A program made the position numbers and the translations under genes. 64,000 nucleotides of DNA from Zootoca vivipara. Taxonomy: Eukaryota. Location: contig NC_083292.1 of assembly GCF_963506605.1 (NCBI RefSeq), positions 35,154,001 to 35,218,000 on the forward strand, in the 5' to 3' direction. Below the pieces are notes generated by a model. The model made no database searches, was not told the DNA's origin, and saw nothing but the letters and a program-made list of their open reading frames with translations. Shown piece after piece: positions 26,701 to 40,177 of this stretch (position 1 is its first letter; every line of letters starts with the position of its first letter).

Positions 26701-29407
26701 GCAACACCACCAAACGAAATCTTTGACTCAGAGGGATGTGGAGGAACCCAGGAACCTTTCAAGGTAGAAATGCCTCATTCCTCGAATTTAGTGGGTCAGT
26801 TCGGAGAGAGACGAGAGGTCAATTTTTTTTTAGGGGGTTGGGGAGTGCATGTGTGTGTAAGAGGAGTTCTTCTCCCCTCCCTTCTGCAAGGAAAGGTGGC
26901 AAAGAAATCCTCCAGGAACACTGGCTTGCCTAGAAGCTGTGGGGTTTTTTTTTCATTCTTTCTTTCAGCAAGAAGGCAGAGGAAGTTTTTTTGGGGGGGG
27001 TAATATAAGCCATCAGCATTAGCTCAGTGATCACTGTAAACAGAATGAAAAAAGAGGAGGGGGGGACGACAAAAGGAGGTTTAAGAGACCAGCCTCTCTC
27101 TCTCCTCTCCCTCGACTCTCCTCCCGTCAGCCTGAGTGACGCAGACTCCCTTATATAATAGGCTGCGATTTCCTAGACCGCAAGGAAGGCCTCTCTCTCT
27201 CTCTTTTCCCTCCCCCCACATGCCGCTTCCACCTCCCTGCCACTGCTTTGTGCTCGCCGTATAAGCTCCACACACGCGCAAACGCGTCTCCCAGCCCTTG
27301 GCACCGTGCCAGCGCTCTCCGTCGTCAGCTGGCTGCCTCCATTCACAGAGTGGGGTTGTAGCTGACATGAAAAGGAAGGGGGGGTGGAGATGGAAATGGG
27401 GGGTGGAGAGAGAGAGAGACGGGGGAGAGAGAGAAGGTTCGGGTATTCGATCAAACTATCAGCATGCCAGAGAGACAATAGAATGTCTTTGCCACATTCT
27501 CCGAAATAAGCCACCTTCCTGCCTCCTCCTCCACCGCCGCCCATGCCACCCCCAGCACAAAATATATTCTTCCTCTGTGGCTCCAGACCGGTAGCCATGT
27601 GAAAAGGGGGGGGGAGCAGGGAGGTCAAAAGCCAAAAATCAATGAATTAATCCATGATTGTATTTAGACAAGACAGTAAGGTTTTTTTTTAATAAATAAA
27701 AAATAAATAAAAATACAAAACCCGACGTTTGAGAGCGATGAAACATTTTTTTGGGGGGAAAGGACTTAGCTAATCCCTAAAGAACCTTTTGTTTGAATAA
27801 TAATTTTAAAAAGAGATTATTATTTTTAAGGCAGTAAAAAGAAAAAGAAAAAAGGGAGGAATATACTTACAGGTAGCGTGTTCCCACTCCCTCCCTGACT
27901 TGTCAAGAGGAGGGGAGAGACAGACGGATGGAGGGGGAGTCGGTTCGCCAGCCCACGAGGAGGGTAGGGGGGAAAGCCAGGGTGCTTTTTCACCAGAAGC
28001 CCCCTCGGTGGAACATGGATGGCCGCGGCGTGCCATCCCCCTCCAGGGACCTGCCGGAGCCCAGTCGTGGAACGGGCACGTCCCTGCCAATCATCTGTGG
28101 TGCCGTTATATTAAACAAAAGAAAAGGGGGGGATGCTTACTTTTACCCATGATGCTTAGCGGGGGCAGGGGAAGGGAAGGGGAGAGAAGAAGGAAAAAAA
28201 ATAAAACCAGTTGCAGCCGGTTTGTAACCTCAGGACATGGAATTATCGCTTAAGAAAAAAATAAATAAATATAAAAATTAAGTTGGTCGTGGCACTGGAG
28301 GCAGTCAGCTGCGTGGCTTGTGCGGGTGCCCCCTCTTCCCTTCCCTGCCTCCCCCCCCCATAAGGATCCCATCATCAGGTCTCTCTCACGCTCTCACTGG
28401 GTTGCCCCCACTCCTTAAAGCATATCCTGGCACCTGGCCAAACTTTGCCTCTCTCATTCATAAGCATTGGCTTCCAAGGGTCTTTTAACCATTTAGCTGC
28501 TAAGAATAAGTTCCCTGGATGGGTGTGGGTTGGCTGGCTGGTGTTTTTTTTAAAGATGTCCCGTCGGGAGGCACCTTTGACCTGAAGCACCCAAGGTGGA
28601 ACATCTTGTGAAGAGGAGAATCAAGCAAAAACAGGAAGGTGGAACCAACACACAGCCTATTATTCAAAAAAAAAGAAAAGAAAAAGAAAAAGGTGCGCAA
28701 TATTGTGAGAGGGTGAAAGAGAACTTGAGTAAGGGAGAAGCCTTGGCACACTCACCCACCCCTCACAGTTGTATACTGGTCACAAGATGTGTCACGGGTG
28801 CTCAGTTGAGCATGATGGGTCAAAAACCTGCCTCCGAACTCTGCTGTTGCAAAATGCCTTGTCAGCTGTGAGCTGCAGATGCCATCTTCCAACCCAAGGC
28901 CAACTGTGACGACCTAAGTGCTAAAAGTGTCAAGGCCAGCACACTCTCGGTTCTTGCTACAAGGCCACGCGAGGTAGGCTGGAAAGCCATGTAGACATGC
29001 TAACCAAGATAACCTCCTCAGCTCAAACTTTCCTGGGCCGCCTCCAAGACTGGTTTCGGCCATTCGGCAAATCGCTCTGCCTGGCGGTCTCTGAACCAAT
29101 TTTTGCTTCTAGGCTCCAATGCTCCAAGGCAGGTGCCCTCAGCAGGTTCTATTGGAGGAATTATTGCACTGATGAGTGCTCTGACAGACACCTCTCTCCC
29201 CCCAAGGCTCCCACATGCCCAAAAGTGAACAGAGCAAACAAACCAGGAAATCTAATCAACATGCCCTGATTGGCCAGACTCTTTGTCAACCTACCATTGA
29301 CCGGGTCTATCTGGGCCATTGGTCAGGGTGGAAAGCCAGGGGCCTAGTCCCAGTCCAGTCCTTAGGAGCACTTTGGGTATTAAATATAAGTGGCTGGCAC
29401 TCTAATG

Positions 29408-29544
29408 CAGGCATTCCCAAACTTCGGCCCTCCGGATGTTTTGGACTACAAGTCCCATCATCCCTGACCACCAGTCCTGTTAGCTAGGGATCATGGGAAT
29501 TGTAGGCCAAAACATCTGGAGGGCCGCAGTTTGGGGGGTGCCTG
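29408..29544. mobile_element. hAT (Charlie-like) MITE; many decayed relatives with GGACTACAACTCCCATC occur across the window
   Basis: TIRs CAGGCATTCCCAAACT / AGTTTGGGGGGTGCCTG, perfect 8-bp TSD CTCTAATG. Confidence 0.9.
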
Positions 29545-32500
29545 CTCTAATGGCTAATGCCAGGAATATCAGCCTTTCACCATAGAGTTGTAAAGACAGA
29601 GCAACATACTTACCATACCATCTCGAGATTCATGGTGGCTTTCAATTTAGTACCCAAAGTTTAGCCAACACATTGCTCATGTCTTTTTCCCTTGTTTCTC
29701 CATCAACTGTGGGAGAACGTTAGGTTGTCAGGACATTGCTGAACTACAACTCCCACCAGCCCCTACACTCATGGGCAATGGTGAGGGATGATGGAAGTCA
29801 TAGTTCAGCAACTTCTGGAGAGTGAAAGGTTCCCCACATCCGCTCTATGTTGAAGAGAGCTTATCCATGGTAGATGCCAGCCCCCCACCCTCACAAGGGT
29901 CAATCACAAATATGTCCAGACTAATCCAAACTCAGGGGCTGTGCATTCAAAGCACCTGATGGCTCACCCCAAAGTAAATGTTTCCAAGTGAGCAAATGCA
30001 CAAATGTGTGTGTGTAAGTGGGGGGGGGAGGGAGTTTTCTACTACAGTAGGTAGCAATGCAACACATGTACTACCCTGGCTGACTCCAATAGCTGAGTCC
30101 CCCTTCCCACCAGCATGGGAAGGCCAATGCAAGCTGGCCTCAACATGGGAGTAGGGATGGGCAAAGCTGTCCCATTTCATTTCTCATTTCTCAAGTTCAG
30201 TTCAGTTTGTGATTCCCCCCGTCAATTTGTGATTTTTCAAAGAAAACGGTCCTCCTGAAAATTCATCAGTAACTGAGTGCGAATTTCTCCTGATAGACAT
30301 GCCTACTAGATGCTGATTTTGCCTAATGTACACGTCCCCGTCCCACTGCCAGCAAATAATTTCCTTTAATATTATGCATTATGAAATGGCGTTTTCGATG
30401 ATATATGCATTTTCTTTCATGCCTTAACCCCAGGACCTGCATTACTGGGCTGCTAGGCTGGAGAAGTGCACTGCAAAATTCGTCGAAGCGTGGATTTCAG
30501 AGGACGGCTGTGTCCTTTGGTTCTTATGTGGTTTCGAACAGTGCGAATTATGCAAGCTCGCCTCAAAACCCAAGCTGGGTTGAATTTCTTGCACATCCCC
30601 AGCTGGGAATGCATGACTGATTATTGGAGCAGCTTGCCTCAAGCCAGGCCCTTCTGTCCACCTCAGGGATGCCTGCTGTTAAAGGCTGATCCAAGACAAG
30701 GGATGGTTGGCCAAGATGCCACCATGTAACAAAACTGCCCCCCCCGGTCCTCTGTAGAAGAATATGGCAGCCATCAACATACATGATAGCAAAATTGTCA
30801 ATTTTGGGACACTATTGGGAAGGTTGCTAATACCGCCCTAGATGACCACACCTGTGCCAAAAATGGTATCTTGCTTGATGAGTCCCACAGAATTCAGACC
30901 TTTCATCAGGCTGGGTCCTGTTTACTGATCAGGACAGAGCAACTGTGGCCCTCCAGATGTCAACAGTGGGAAGCCCTCTAGCACAGCAAAGAGCGGCTCT
31001 GTTTGTTCCTCAATCAATGGTACTCAGCGGGAGACTGCCTTTGAGCCTGTGGGGCAGTGGTTTCACCCTGCCTGCTTATTAACCAGAAGAGCTTTTTGGT
31101 TGATCAAAAGATGTTTTCATATGATTAGTCTTAACTAACTAAAATGCTGTGGCCCTAATTCAAACTGATAATTACTGTAGAATTTCCAGCATGGCGCCAA
31201 CCAAGCTGAGCTTATTAGCAAAAGTGGCCCAATCTGGCCCACAACAGAAACAAGGAAGGTAATTAATGGGTATTTATGCAGAGGGCAGGGTGTATTCCCC
31301 TCTAGGGATGGATGGATCAGTCTCTTTGCAGTCATGGCCTACCGGACATGTGCATGTTTTTAAGCCCAGTTCAGACTTCACGTTAATCAGTAAATTTTAT
31401 TCATAGAAAACTCCAAGAAAATTCATGTTTAAGGTACACGTTCAAACACAAATTTAAATAAACGTTTTGCCACTATATTTTGCATTGTTCATCTCAATGG
31501 GCACATTCCTCAATGGGTTTTATCTCAATATACACATTTTGAAAACATTCCTGACTTTTTTTTAAAGCTGAGAATTGCATCACAAAATTCGGGAAAGGGC
31601 AAAATTATGTTCCGATCCACAATTTAGTCTTGGGGGTGTAAATCAGGTCTGTTCACACTGGAATTCACAGAAATCCTAACTCTCCCACTCCACACACTCT
31701 GAATTTTCTACTTAGAACTATGCAAATCAAGTCAATTACATTTAATTTGTATAATTCACTCTGTTTCTAAGGTGTTAAGGTTTATGAAGAAATGTGGTGT
31801 GGCTGGCAGGGAGAAGTTCTGGTGAGGAAAAAGGGGGAGGGCAAGCAAAGGGGGAAACCAGGGAGGGGAAAAAGCAGACTCCATTCCCATTCTTTTAAAG
31901 GTACATAGATTTATGGATGCTGTAGTTTCATAGCAAACATGCAGCTTGAGGTTGTTGGTTTTTTAAAAGGAAAATTAGGGTCTCTTTAGAAAGATTTCTT
32001 CAAGAATATCCCAGTCAACCAATGCCGAGTTTGCAAGTAGCTCACTCGCCTATGGTGAGTCAGACTTGCCTCCAAGCAACAGGTAGGGAGACCTCATTAA
32101 AACCTTGGATCCCCCCCCTTCCCTTAATAACACAATGCAGGGCGACTATTAAAAACAAACAAAACAACCATTGTGAGCATCAATACTTTCTTATTTGTAA
32201 GGCTGGTTTAAATATTCCAGTTGGGGCTCAATAAAAGCTTGTATAATGCTCCTAGTGGCTCACTGAAATCCATCAGGTAGCAGCTTCAGGACAGACAAAA
32301 GAAAGCGCTTCTTCTAACAGCATGGAATTAACTGATGGAACTCCCTGGCAAAAGATGTGATGCTAGTCTCTGGTTTTAAATGGGGATAGGATGAATGAAT
32401 GAAGAACTCTGCCAATGGCTAGTCTCCATGACTAGTTGGAGCTGCAACAAAATGTTGCAGCATGAAGTGCTCCTGTTCAGGTGCCTACCACGATGTCTTC

Positions 32501-33589
32501 CAGGACACTCTAATTCCAATCCTCTACCCCCTTGGTTTCCATTTCCCAACCCCTGCCAGGAGATACTCACCATTCTGTGGTCCTCCCCTAAGCATATTGA
32601 TACCTCCCCACAAGTTACTCAGTAACTTCATATTGACCACAAAGCCATCAACACTCAGCATCCTGAGTTTGCTATTAGAGGGAGTGATAGTTAAATGGAA
32701 CCTCTGGGATCAGAAGCACTCTCTCTCTCCAAATACCAGAGGCTAGGAGAAAATGGGGGCCAGCTATCATCTTCATTGCTCTGCTTTCAGCAGCATCTGG
32801 CTGCCCACTATGGGAGGCCAGATCCTGGGTTAGAAGGGCTACTGGTTCTGATCCAGCAGGGCTCTTGTGTTCTTAATGGGCACCTTCCCGTTGTAGCGCA
32901 CTTTACATACTTACATTCCCTGAAAGAGTCTCTCTGCACTAAAAACAGGTTGCAGATACTGTACTTTGTACTAAAGTTATGCATGCCTGTATGCATAAAC
33001 ACAAACCAAAATCCTTACCCAAGCCAACCCAAATTCTGCGCTCAAGAAGCCTTAATTCTGCAACCAGCATAAAATTGTATTTTATGAATTGTATATGCTT
33101 ACTTGCATATAATTAGCACTGCTACTATTAGATATTGGGGGAGGGGAGTTATTAAAACATTCATGAGGTACTCTGTGGACAAATGCCAGCTCCCTCAGCC
33201 TGTAAAGCGAGATGAGCGCTGCAACCTCAGAGTCATCTTAACTATCAGGGGTCCTTTACCTTTACCTTTTTTTTTTACTCTGCTGATAGCTGAAAAATCT
33301 TATGCAGCCACTCTTTGGGTAAGCCTGAGGTTTAGGCAGGCATTTCACACGCACGTCCAAGCCTGTATTTGAAGGCCTGAGGGTTAGAAACTTTTAAAAA
33401 TGAAATTAAAATATGATCTTCTGTGACTTTCCTGCACTCTGGAAGAACTGAGCAAAAAATCCTCAGGTTGTCTCCAACTACATCTTATTCAGAGTAGAAT
33501 CATTGGTATCAATGGACTTGACAAAGGCCACATTCACATCCTGTATATGTCAAGATCCATGTATATGATGCACTTTTTCTATGCCAATA

Positions 33590-33783
33590 CAGTGGAGCCT
33601 CCAGCTTATGTCACCCTCGGCTTGAGACTGGCACAAACCCGGAAGTACCAGAACAGGCTACTTCTGGGTTCGTGCACGCGCATAAGCGCTAAATTGCGCA
33701 GACGCGACACTTTTGGTTGCGGCGTTTTCGGGTTGCGGCGGAGCCTTCGGAACGGATCCCCGCCGTAACCTGAGGTTCCACTG
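33590..33783. mobile_element. Tc1/mariner MITE
   Basis: TA|CAGTGGAGCCTC ... GAGGTTCCACTG|TA; CpG-rich. Confidence 0.85.
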
Positions 33784-35401
33784 TAAAAGAGATTGATTGA
33801 TATATGTCAAGACCTATGATGCTGTTTTAAACAGTCATGACTTACCCCAAAGAATCCTGGGAGCTGTAGTTTGTTATGGGTGACAAGAGTTGTTTGGAGA
33901 CCCTTATTGCCCTCCCAGAGCTATAATTCCCAGAGTGGTTTAACAATCAATCACTCTTCACAGTGCATTCTGGGAATTGTAGCTCTATGAGGGAAATGGG
34001 AGGGGGGTTGTCTCCTAAGAACTCTCAGAACCCTTAACAAACTACAGTTCCTAGGATTCTTCAGGGATGGTTTAAAGTGCTGTTACAGTGGTGTGAATGT
34101 GCCCTGTTTAAGTCAATTGATATCAATGCGTCTGAGTAAGACTTAGTTGGATACAACCTTTATTCAGGCACCTTTGGAATAGTGGGAGCCAGAGGCTTCT
34201 GCTGGCGTTGCTCGCACATAACCAAGCCTACCTCTGCAGCCATAAGGCCTAGAAACCATTTTTTAAAAATCAAAATAAAACTGCAGAAGTGGCATTCTGT
34301 GACTTTTCTGTGCACTGGTGGAACTCTGCCACCCAACCATACTGCCAAACTGGTAAGTATACTAGACACCTGGGCTAAAAGAAAGAAAGGAGGGGGGAGA
34401 GAGAAAAGAGCCCCAAACCCAGGTGCCTTGAGAATTTGATTCTGAAGCATAGGAATGTGAGGTATTCTCTCCCACCTCTCTTGGGTAGCACCCATTTGAA
34501 TGCCCAGATTCCCCCCCCCCCTTTGTGGCTGTTTGTTTCCCCATAATGGTCGAGGAAACCTGAACAATAAGCTATTGAAAAAAGAAGGCCCTCAAGTATT
34601 TTACCGCTGTGAAGTCTGCTCCCCCCCCCCACACACCGCCCCTGATTGAATTAGGATGGGAGACTTGCCTGAGTTAGAGAATGACTCAGGGAGAGAGGTG
34701 AAAAGGGGGGGGTGGCGGCGGAAGAGAGATACGTAATCGATTTGGTCTTGTTCAGTGAGGGGGGGGTAAGGCAACCATTTTGAATGCCAGCATCCGGAAC
34801 AGATGGATTTTCTTCTTTCAAAAAGGAGGGAAAATTGAGAAGCACGCTAGAGCCGCCCTCATTCCGAATGCGGGTGAGGAGTTTGCTTGTGGCAAAAAAA
34901 AAAAGATGGCAGAAGCTTCCCAATTATCTTTTTTTAACAAACACACACGAAGCAAACAAACAGATGTAGTAGCCATCTTTACCTGCACCACTTCCCGAGA
35001 CAATTTAAGATGGTCTGAAGAATGTAATTGAACAGCGTCTCCATACAGGCGGCCTCCAGATTTGCCAAAATCAAAGCACTGCAACTCTGTGTACAACTTC
35101 AAGAAGAGAAGCCAAGTTTTGAGGGATGAAAACAGGAAACTTTTAAAGAGGGCTTTTGGAACCGCCAAAGCCAAGCGTAGACGACACAGTCTGGTCCCCT
35201 AACCCAGCCTTGTAAATAAGCCCACAAGAGCTATAAAAAATTGAAATGAAAAGCTGATATTCTGTGCCTTTCCTGCACTCTAGTGGAACTGAGCTGAAAA
35301 TTCTTGGGTTGTCTTCAACTAAGTCATGCACAGAGTACAGTATATCCATTGACACCAATGGACGTGACTTAAGGCCACATTTGTGCCGTACATTTGAAGT
35401 A

Positions 35402-35686
35402 CAGTGGTGCCTCGCTAGACGAATTTAATTCGTTCCACGGGTCTTTTCTTATAACGAAAAATTCGTCTAGCGAATCCCATAGGAATGCACTGAATTTTTT
35501 TTGAAATTTTTTTTGCCCATAGGAACGCATTAATTGAATTTCAATGCATTCCTATGGGAAACCGCGATTCGCTAGACGACTTTTTCGTAAAACGAATTCA
35601 TCTAGCGAGGCAACCTCCGCTCAAAAAATCCTTTCGTTAAGCGGAAATTTCATTAAGCAGGGCATTTGTTAAGCGAGGCACCACTG
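35402..35686. mobile_element. Tc1/mariner MITE nested in an older repeat
   Basis: TA|CAGTGGTGCCTCGCT ... AGCGAGGCACCACTG|TA. Confidence 0.9.
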
Positions 35687-35880
35687 TAGTATGATACCAC
35701 TTTAAACAGTCACGGCTTACCCCAAAAGGATTCTGGGAGCTGTTGTTTGTTACGTGTTCTGAGAGTTGTTAGGAGTCCCTGTTCCCTTCCCAGAGCTTTG
35801 TTAGGAGTCCCTGTTCCCTTCCCAGAACAACTATCCTTTTCAGAGCTAGTCATGGGCGCAATTCGTCTTAGCTGTGATTA

Positions 35881-36067
35881 CCGTGTATCCCAGCGTATAA
35901 GACGACTGGGCGTAGAAGACGACCCCCAACTTTTCCTGTTAAAATATAGAGTTTGAGATATACTCGCCATATTAATAAGACGACCCAGCATATAAGACGA
36001 CCCCCGACTTTTGAGAAGATTTTCCTGGGTTAAAAAGTACGGTAGTCTTATACGCAGGAATATACAG
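35881..36067. mobile_element. TA-flanked DNA-transposon MITE, copy 1
   Basis: Subterminal CGTATAAGACG / GTCTTATACG repeats, TA flanks, homologous to 40178-40359. Confidence 0.85.
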
Positions 36068-37286
36068 TAAGTTCAAACCAAGAGTTTGCAAACCTGGTTC
36101 CATCTTTAAATTTGCAACTGACCATGGTTGGTGTTGAGATTGGTGCACATGTTAACGCTAACCACAGTTAGCTCTTAAAAATGCAAGCGGGAAGGGATTT
36201 TATGTCCGAGAAGGAAAGTTGCTCACAAATACTTTGGGTTAGGAGACTGGACAATCTTATGGCTGCCCAGCCCCAAAGTGGATTGGCATTTTACCAATCC
36301 CACCCCTGCAAAAAATGGGCTGCTCAGATATTATCAAATATTCAAGTAATATCCACCTGCAACTAAGACCTAGGGAAAGGACATGCGTCATCGTTCTCAG
36401 GCTGTCCCAGTGCCGATACGAGATATCCCAAGGACTGTAAGATCTGGGATTACCTGGCTTTGGGTTGCTAGGCAGCAAACGGGGTGGCAGCTAGTTTCAC
36501 TATGTAACCTTGGAAGAACACCTGTTGAAACAGCCATGACAGCTTTAGTGACATCTAAGGTGGGGAACCTGAGGCCCAGGGGCCAAATACGACCCTCCAA
36601 CCCTCTCTATCTGGGCTCTTGGGACTCTGCTAGGTTCCACCCTCTGTCCTTGAATTTTGATAACAGTGGTTGTATGAATGGAGTGTGTGTGTAGTAGTCT
36701 ACTGTACAAAGGGAAAATATACATTCCCTGTTTTGCCCACATTTGCCTCTGGCACTACGCACCACTGGCAAGTGGCCCTCAATATCTTGCCAAGAAGGGA
36801 ATGCAGCCCCCAGGCTGGAAAAGTTTCCCCATCCCTTCTCTAGAGCTTGAGACCTGCCTGGATGAGGACCATGTACCTCCTTCTGCCTCCCCCCCCCGCC
36901 AACCCTCCAGGTTCTGGTGGCCCGAGCCCTGATCCTTGCTAAGAGCCAACAACCTCTCTTTCACATCCAACCTTCTCCCCTAGCAAGCATCCCTTCACCC
37001 AAGTGAAATATCTCACGGGAGCTCCCACTGCACATACCAGCCAGGGAATTGTGGTCTTTTGAAACAAGTGGAATGAGATCTAACTTAATACTGTTCCACT
37101 CCCAAACAGTAAATCTGTGGCAGCAAGAAGAGGGCGGGTGGGGGGGAAATGAAGACCCACTGCAGTGAAACAAGTTTTATAATTCATTAAAGTGAATTAT
37201 CTTGCTCCTCATACAAACAAGAATGAGACTGTAAGGGTTGGGGGGTGGGGGAGAGAAGAGAGGATGGAAACCCCAACAAGCAAACC

Positions 37287-37352
37287 GAGGGAGAGGGAGA
37301 GGGAGAGGGAGAGGGAGAGGGAGAGGGAGAGGGAGAGGGAGAGGGAGAGGGA
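37287..37352. repeat. (GAGGGA)n microsatellite
   Basis: About 11 perfect units. Confidence 0.97.
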
Positions 37353-39604
37353 GTTAGTCAGCAGTAAAAATCTTGTCTCCCGAACAGTTCCCAGTTATCC
37401 ATCTCACTTAATGTCGTCCGCGCTCCTCTCGGAAGCAGGATTCAATACCGCCAACTGAGACTGCAGGCTGAGCAGCCCCGAGTGGCTGGTTGATGGGTGC
37501 CACCAAGTGACATAAATGAGCCTAACAAAGGAGCAGGAAAGGAAGCAAGTGGAGAAACAGCTGGGGGGGGGGTCCTTTGGGGGGGGGCAGGAGTTGCCAT
37601 GTGAACTTGCTCTGCTGTAGTAAATTTCAAAAGTATGCAGTGCAATCAATGGCCAATCAGGAGAAATAAGTCAAATTACGGTGGGGGGAGAGAGAGAGAA
37701 ATTCAGTGAACCTGCAGTACTCACCCACAGAGGAGGTTTTCCCATCACTGCTCTGTATGAATTGCTGCCCTGGGTTCAGGTGCTAACTAGTATTACTATT
37801 TATCAGATTTTTTCAATGCCCTTCACCATAATGTCCCAGGATGGGTTGTAACTTTGTAAAAAATAAAAGCATGCCAGAAGATTAGAAGGAGCCTAAGAGC
37901 TCATCTAGTCTGATCCCCTGCTCAGAACAGGATCCTTGTAGGTTGCAATGGCAGCTCTCCTGACAATCTATGTAGTCTGAGTGCCTACCACATTCTGAAG
38001 CAGCACAATCTATTCTATTGGCTACAACAGACTGCTTCTTTCAAACCATTTTTTGGGGGGGGAGGCGGTAGCAGAGATTATCCTGTGGCCGCCTCTGGCC
38101 TAATTAGTTGTTAACCAAGGTAACTCTACATTGTTCCACTTAGGGTCTTAGTTCTCAGTGGGGTGGTAAATATCTGTGTTTTGACGAGAGTTAAAGGCAG
38201 TGGGGAATGTCTGCATGGCTAAATGTTCCTCAAATCCCTGCTCCCCAACATTATGCACATAAAATTGGTAGGCTAGTAAGAATGAAGTTAAGAACATAAG
38301 AGGAGGCCTGCTGGATCAGCCCTGCTGGATCCTGTTCCCACAGGGGCCAACAAAATGCCCCGATGGGAAGCTTGCAAGCGGGACCCGAGTCAACAGCAAC
38401 TCTCCCCACTTGTGATTTCCAGGATCTGGAATTCAGAGGCATGTAATGACTCTAACAGAGGAGGTTGAACATGCTTCCATTCTTCTTCCTAACATGCACA
38501 TTTTTTGGCATGGTGGGGAACTGGTTTAGTTTTTTCAAGTCATCAACAGTCCAGACCCATAGATATATATATATCCTATGCAGCCTCACTGCCACTGGTG
38601 CTTGTCCTACCCTCTGGAGAAACAGTGAACAAACGTACGCCATTTTTGACGCAACAGAACTTAAAAGTGTGAAGAAACTTTGGCCCGCCAGGTGCTGGAG
38701 AACTACAACTCCCATCACCCCTGGCCATTGGACATGCTTGCTGGGTCTGATGGGAGTTGTAGTTCAGCAACATCTGGAGGGTCAAAGGTTCCCTACACCC
38801 ATGTTAATGGAAAGCTACTGTTTGACAACTATTTCTTTAAAAAGTTAGGCTGGTTAAGACATTTGGGAAACACTGGCCTAAAGCTTTAACTCCAAAGGGA
38901 CAGTATCCCGGCCTAAAACAAACAGACATGCACCACCCAGTTCCACACTCTGAATTCTTTGCAAATCTGGCAAATGTCTACTGACTTCACAGAATGTGCC
39001 TTGTTACCAAAAGAGCAAAGTTAGTATTTTATTGGCAAGGACAAAGAGCAAGGGCCGGGAAACAACTTTAAATTTTTAAAGGCGTCAGTAGGAAATTTTT
39101 AGAAGCTGGCTCCAAATGAAGCTAGGAGAAGAATAACCCCAAGTTTGATAGAAAGGCAGGATCGGGGGGGGGGGGGGGAAGAACCCCTAGTCAACTGGGT
39201 ACCTGAGATTTCCCAAAACGTAGCTCAGGGGTGGGGGAACCCCTTTCAGCCTGAGTTCCAGTGGTGGGCAGGGCCAGAGGCAAAAGTGGGAGGAGCAACA
39301 AATGTAAATTTTACCTTCTTACAGTTGGCTTGTTTCTACACACACATCCTTCTCTAATCCTCTATGCAGGCAAGCAAGCAGCATTATCAGAGTTCAAGGG
39401 TACATTCCAGTGAGACAAAAACACTGGAGGAGGGGAGGAGTTGGAGTGTGCAACCTAAGGAGATTCCTAAGGTCCAGGCAGTGAAGTCGGGGTGGGTTGC
39501 AATTGGCTCCAGGGCCTGAATTTCCCCACTTGACTAAAAGAAGGAGACATGGACATGGGACCTTGGGAAGAAGTGTGGTTTAAAGGTGGGGGCCCATCTC
39601 CTAA

Positions 39605-39853
39605 GTCTGGCTTCTTTGGGGTGTGCCAGTGATCTGCCAGTGATCTACCGCAGACGTCCAGTAGTGGTAGATCACTGGCAGATCACTGGCACGCCCCAAA
39701 GAAGCTCAAAAACTTTGGCTCCCCTTAAAAATCTCAATATTTTTGCCCTGCATCCCCCTTCCTCCCCCCCTAAAAAAAGCTCAACAACATTGATCTGAAC
39801 CCAGTTTTTAACTCTGTGAGTAGATCGCAGTCTCTTGGGAGTCGGCCACCCCT
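39605..39853. mobile_element. hAT-type non-autonomous element, partial, with internal hairpin
   Basis: End GTAGATCGC...GGGAGTCGGCCACCCCTG is close to the reverse complement of the start of the 50908 element. Confidence 0.75.
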
Positions 39854-40177
39854 GTTCTAAGTCAAAAGCTCAACACTGTTTCTCAAACTACTGATAGTTA
39901 ACTGGAGGCACATTTCAGTCTTAATATCCTAAAAAATACCTAGCATTTTAAAGGCGTACCCGTTCTTTTAAAATAAGGTGTTCATGTTGTGGCATCTTCA
40001 AATGGAGGCACAGGTGCCATCGCTATGAGACCCCTCCTCAGAAAAATGAGGATGGTGCAGTTAAAAGGGTCACACTGCACTTTTCCTCCCCTTTGCTCCC
40101 TCCAGACACCTTCACTGGAGCTCCCTTGTTCTGCCCAGGCACAGCTCGCCATCCTCAGCTAAAAAGAGAGAGAAGTA

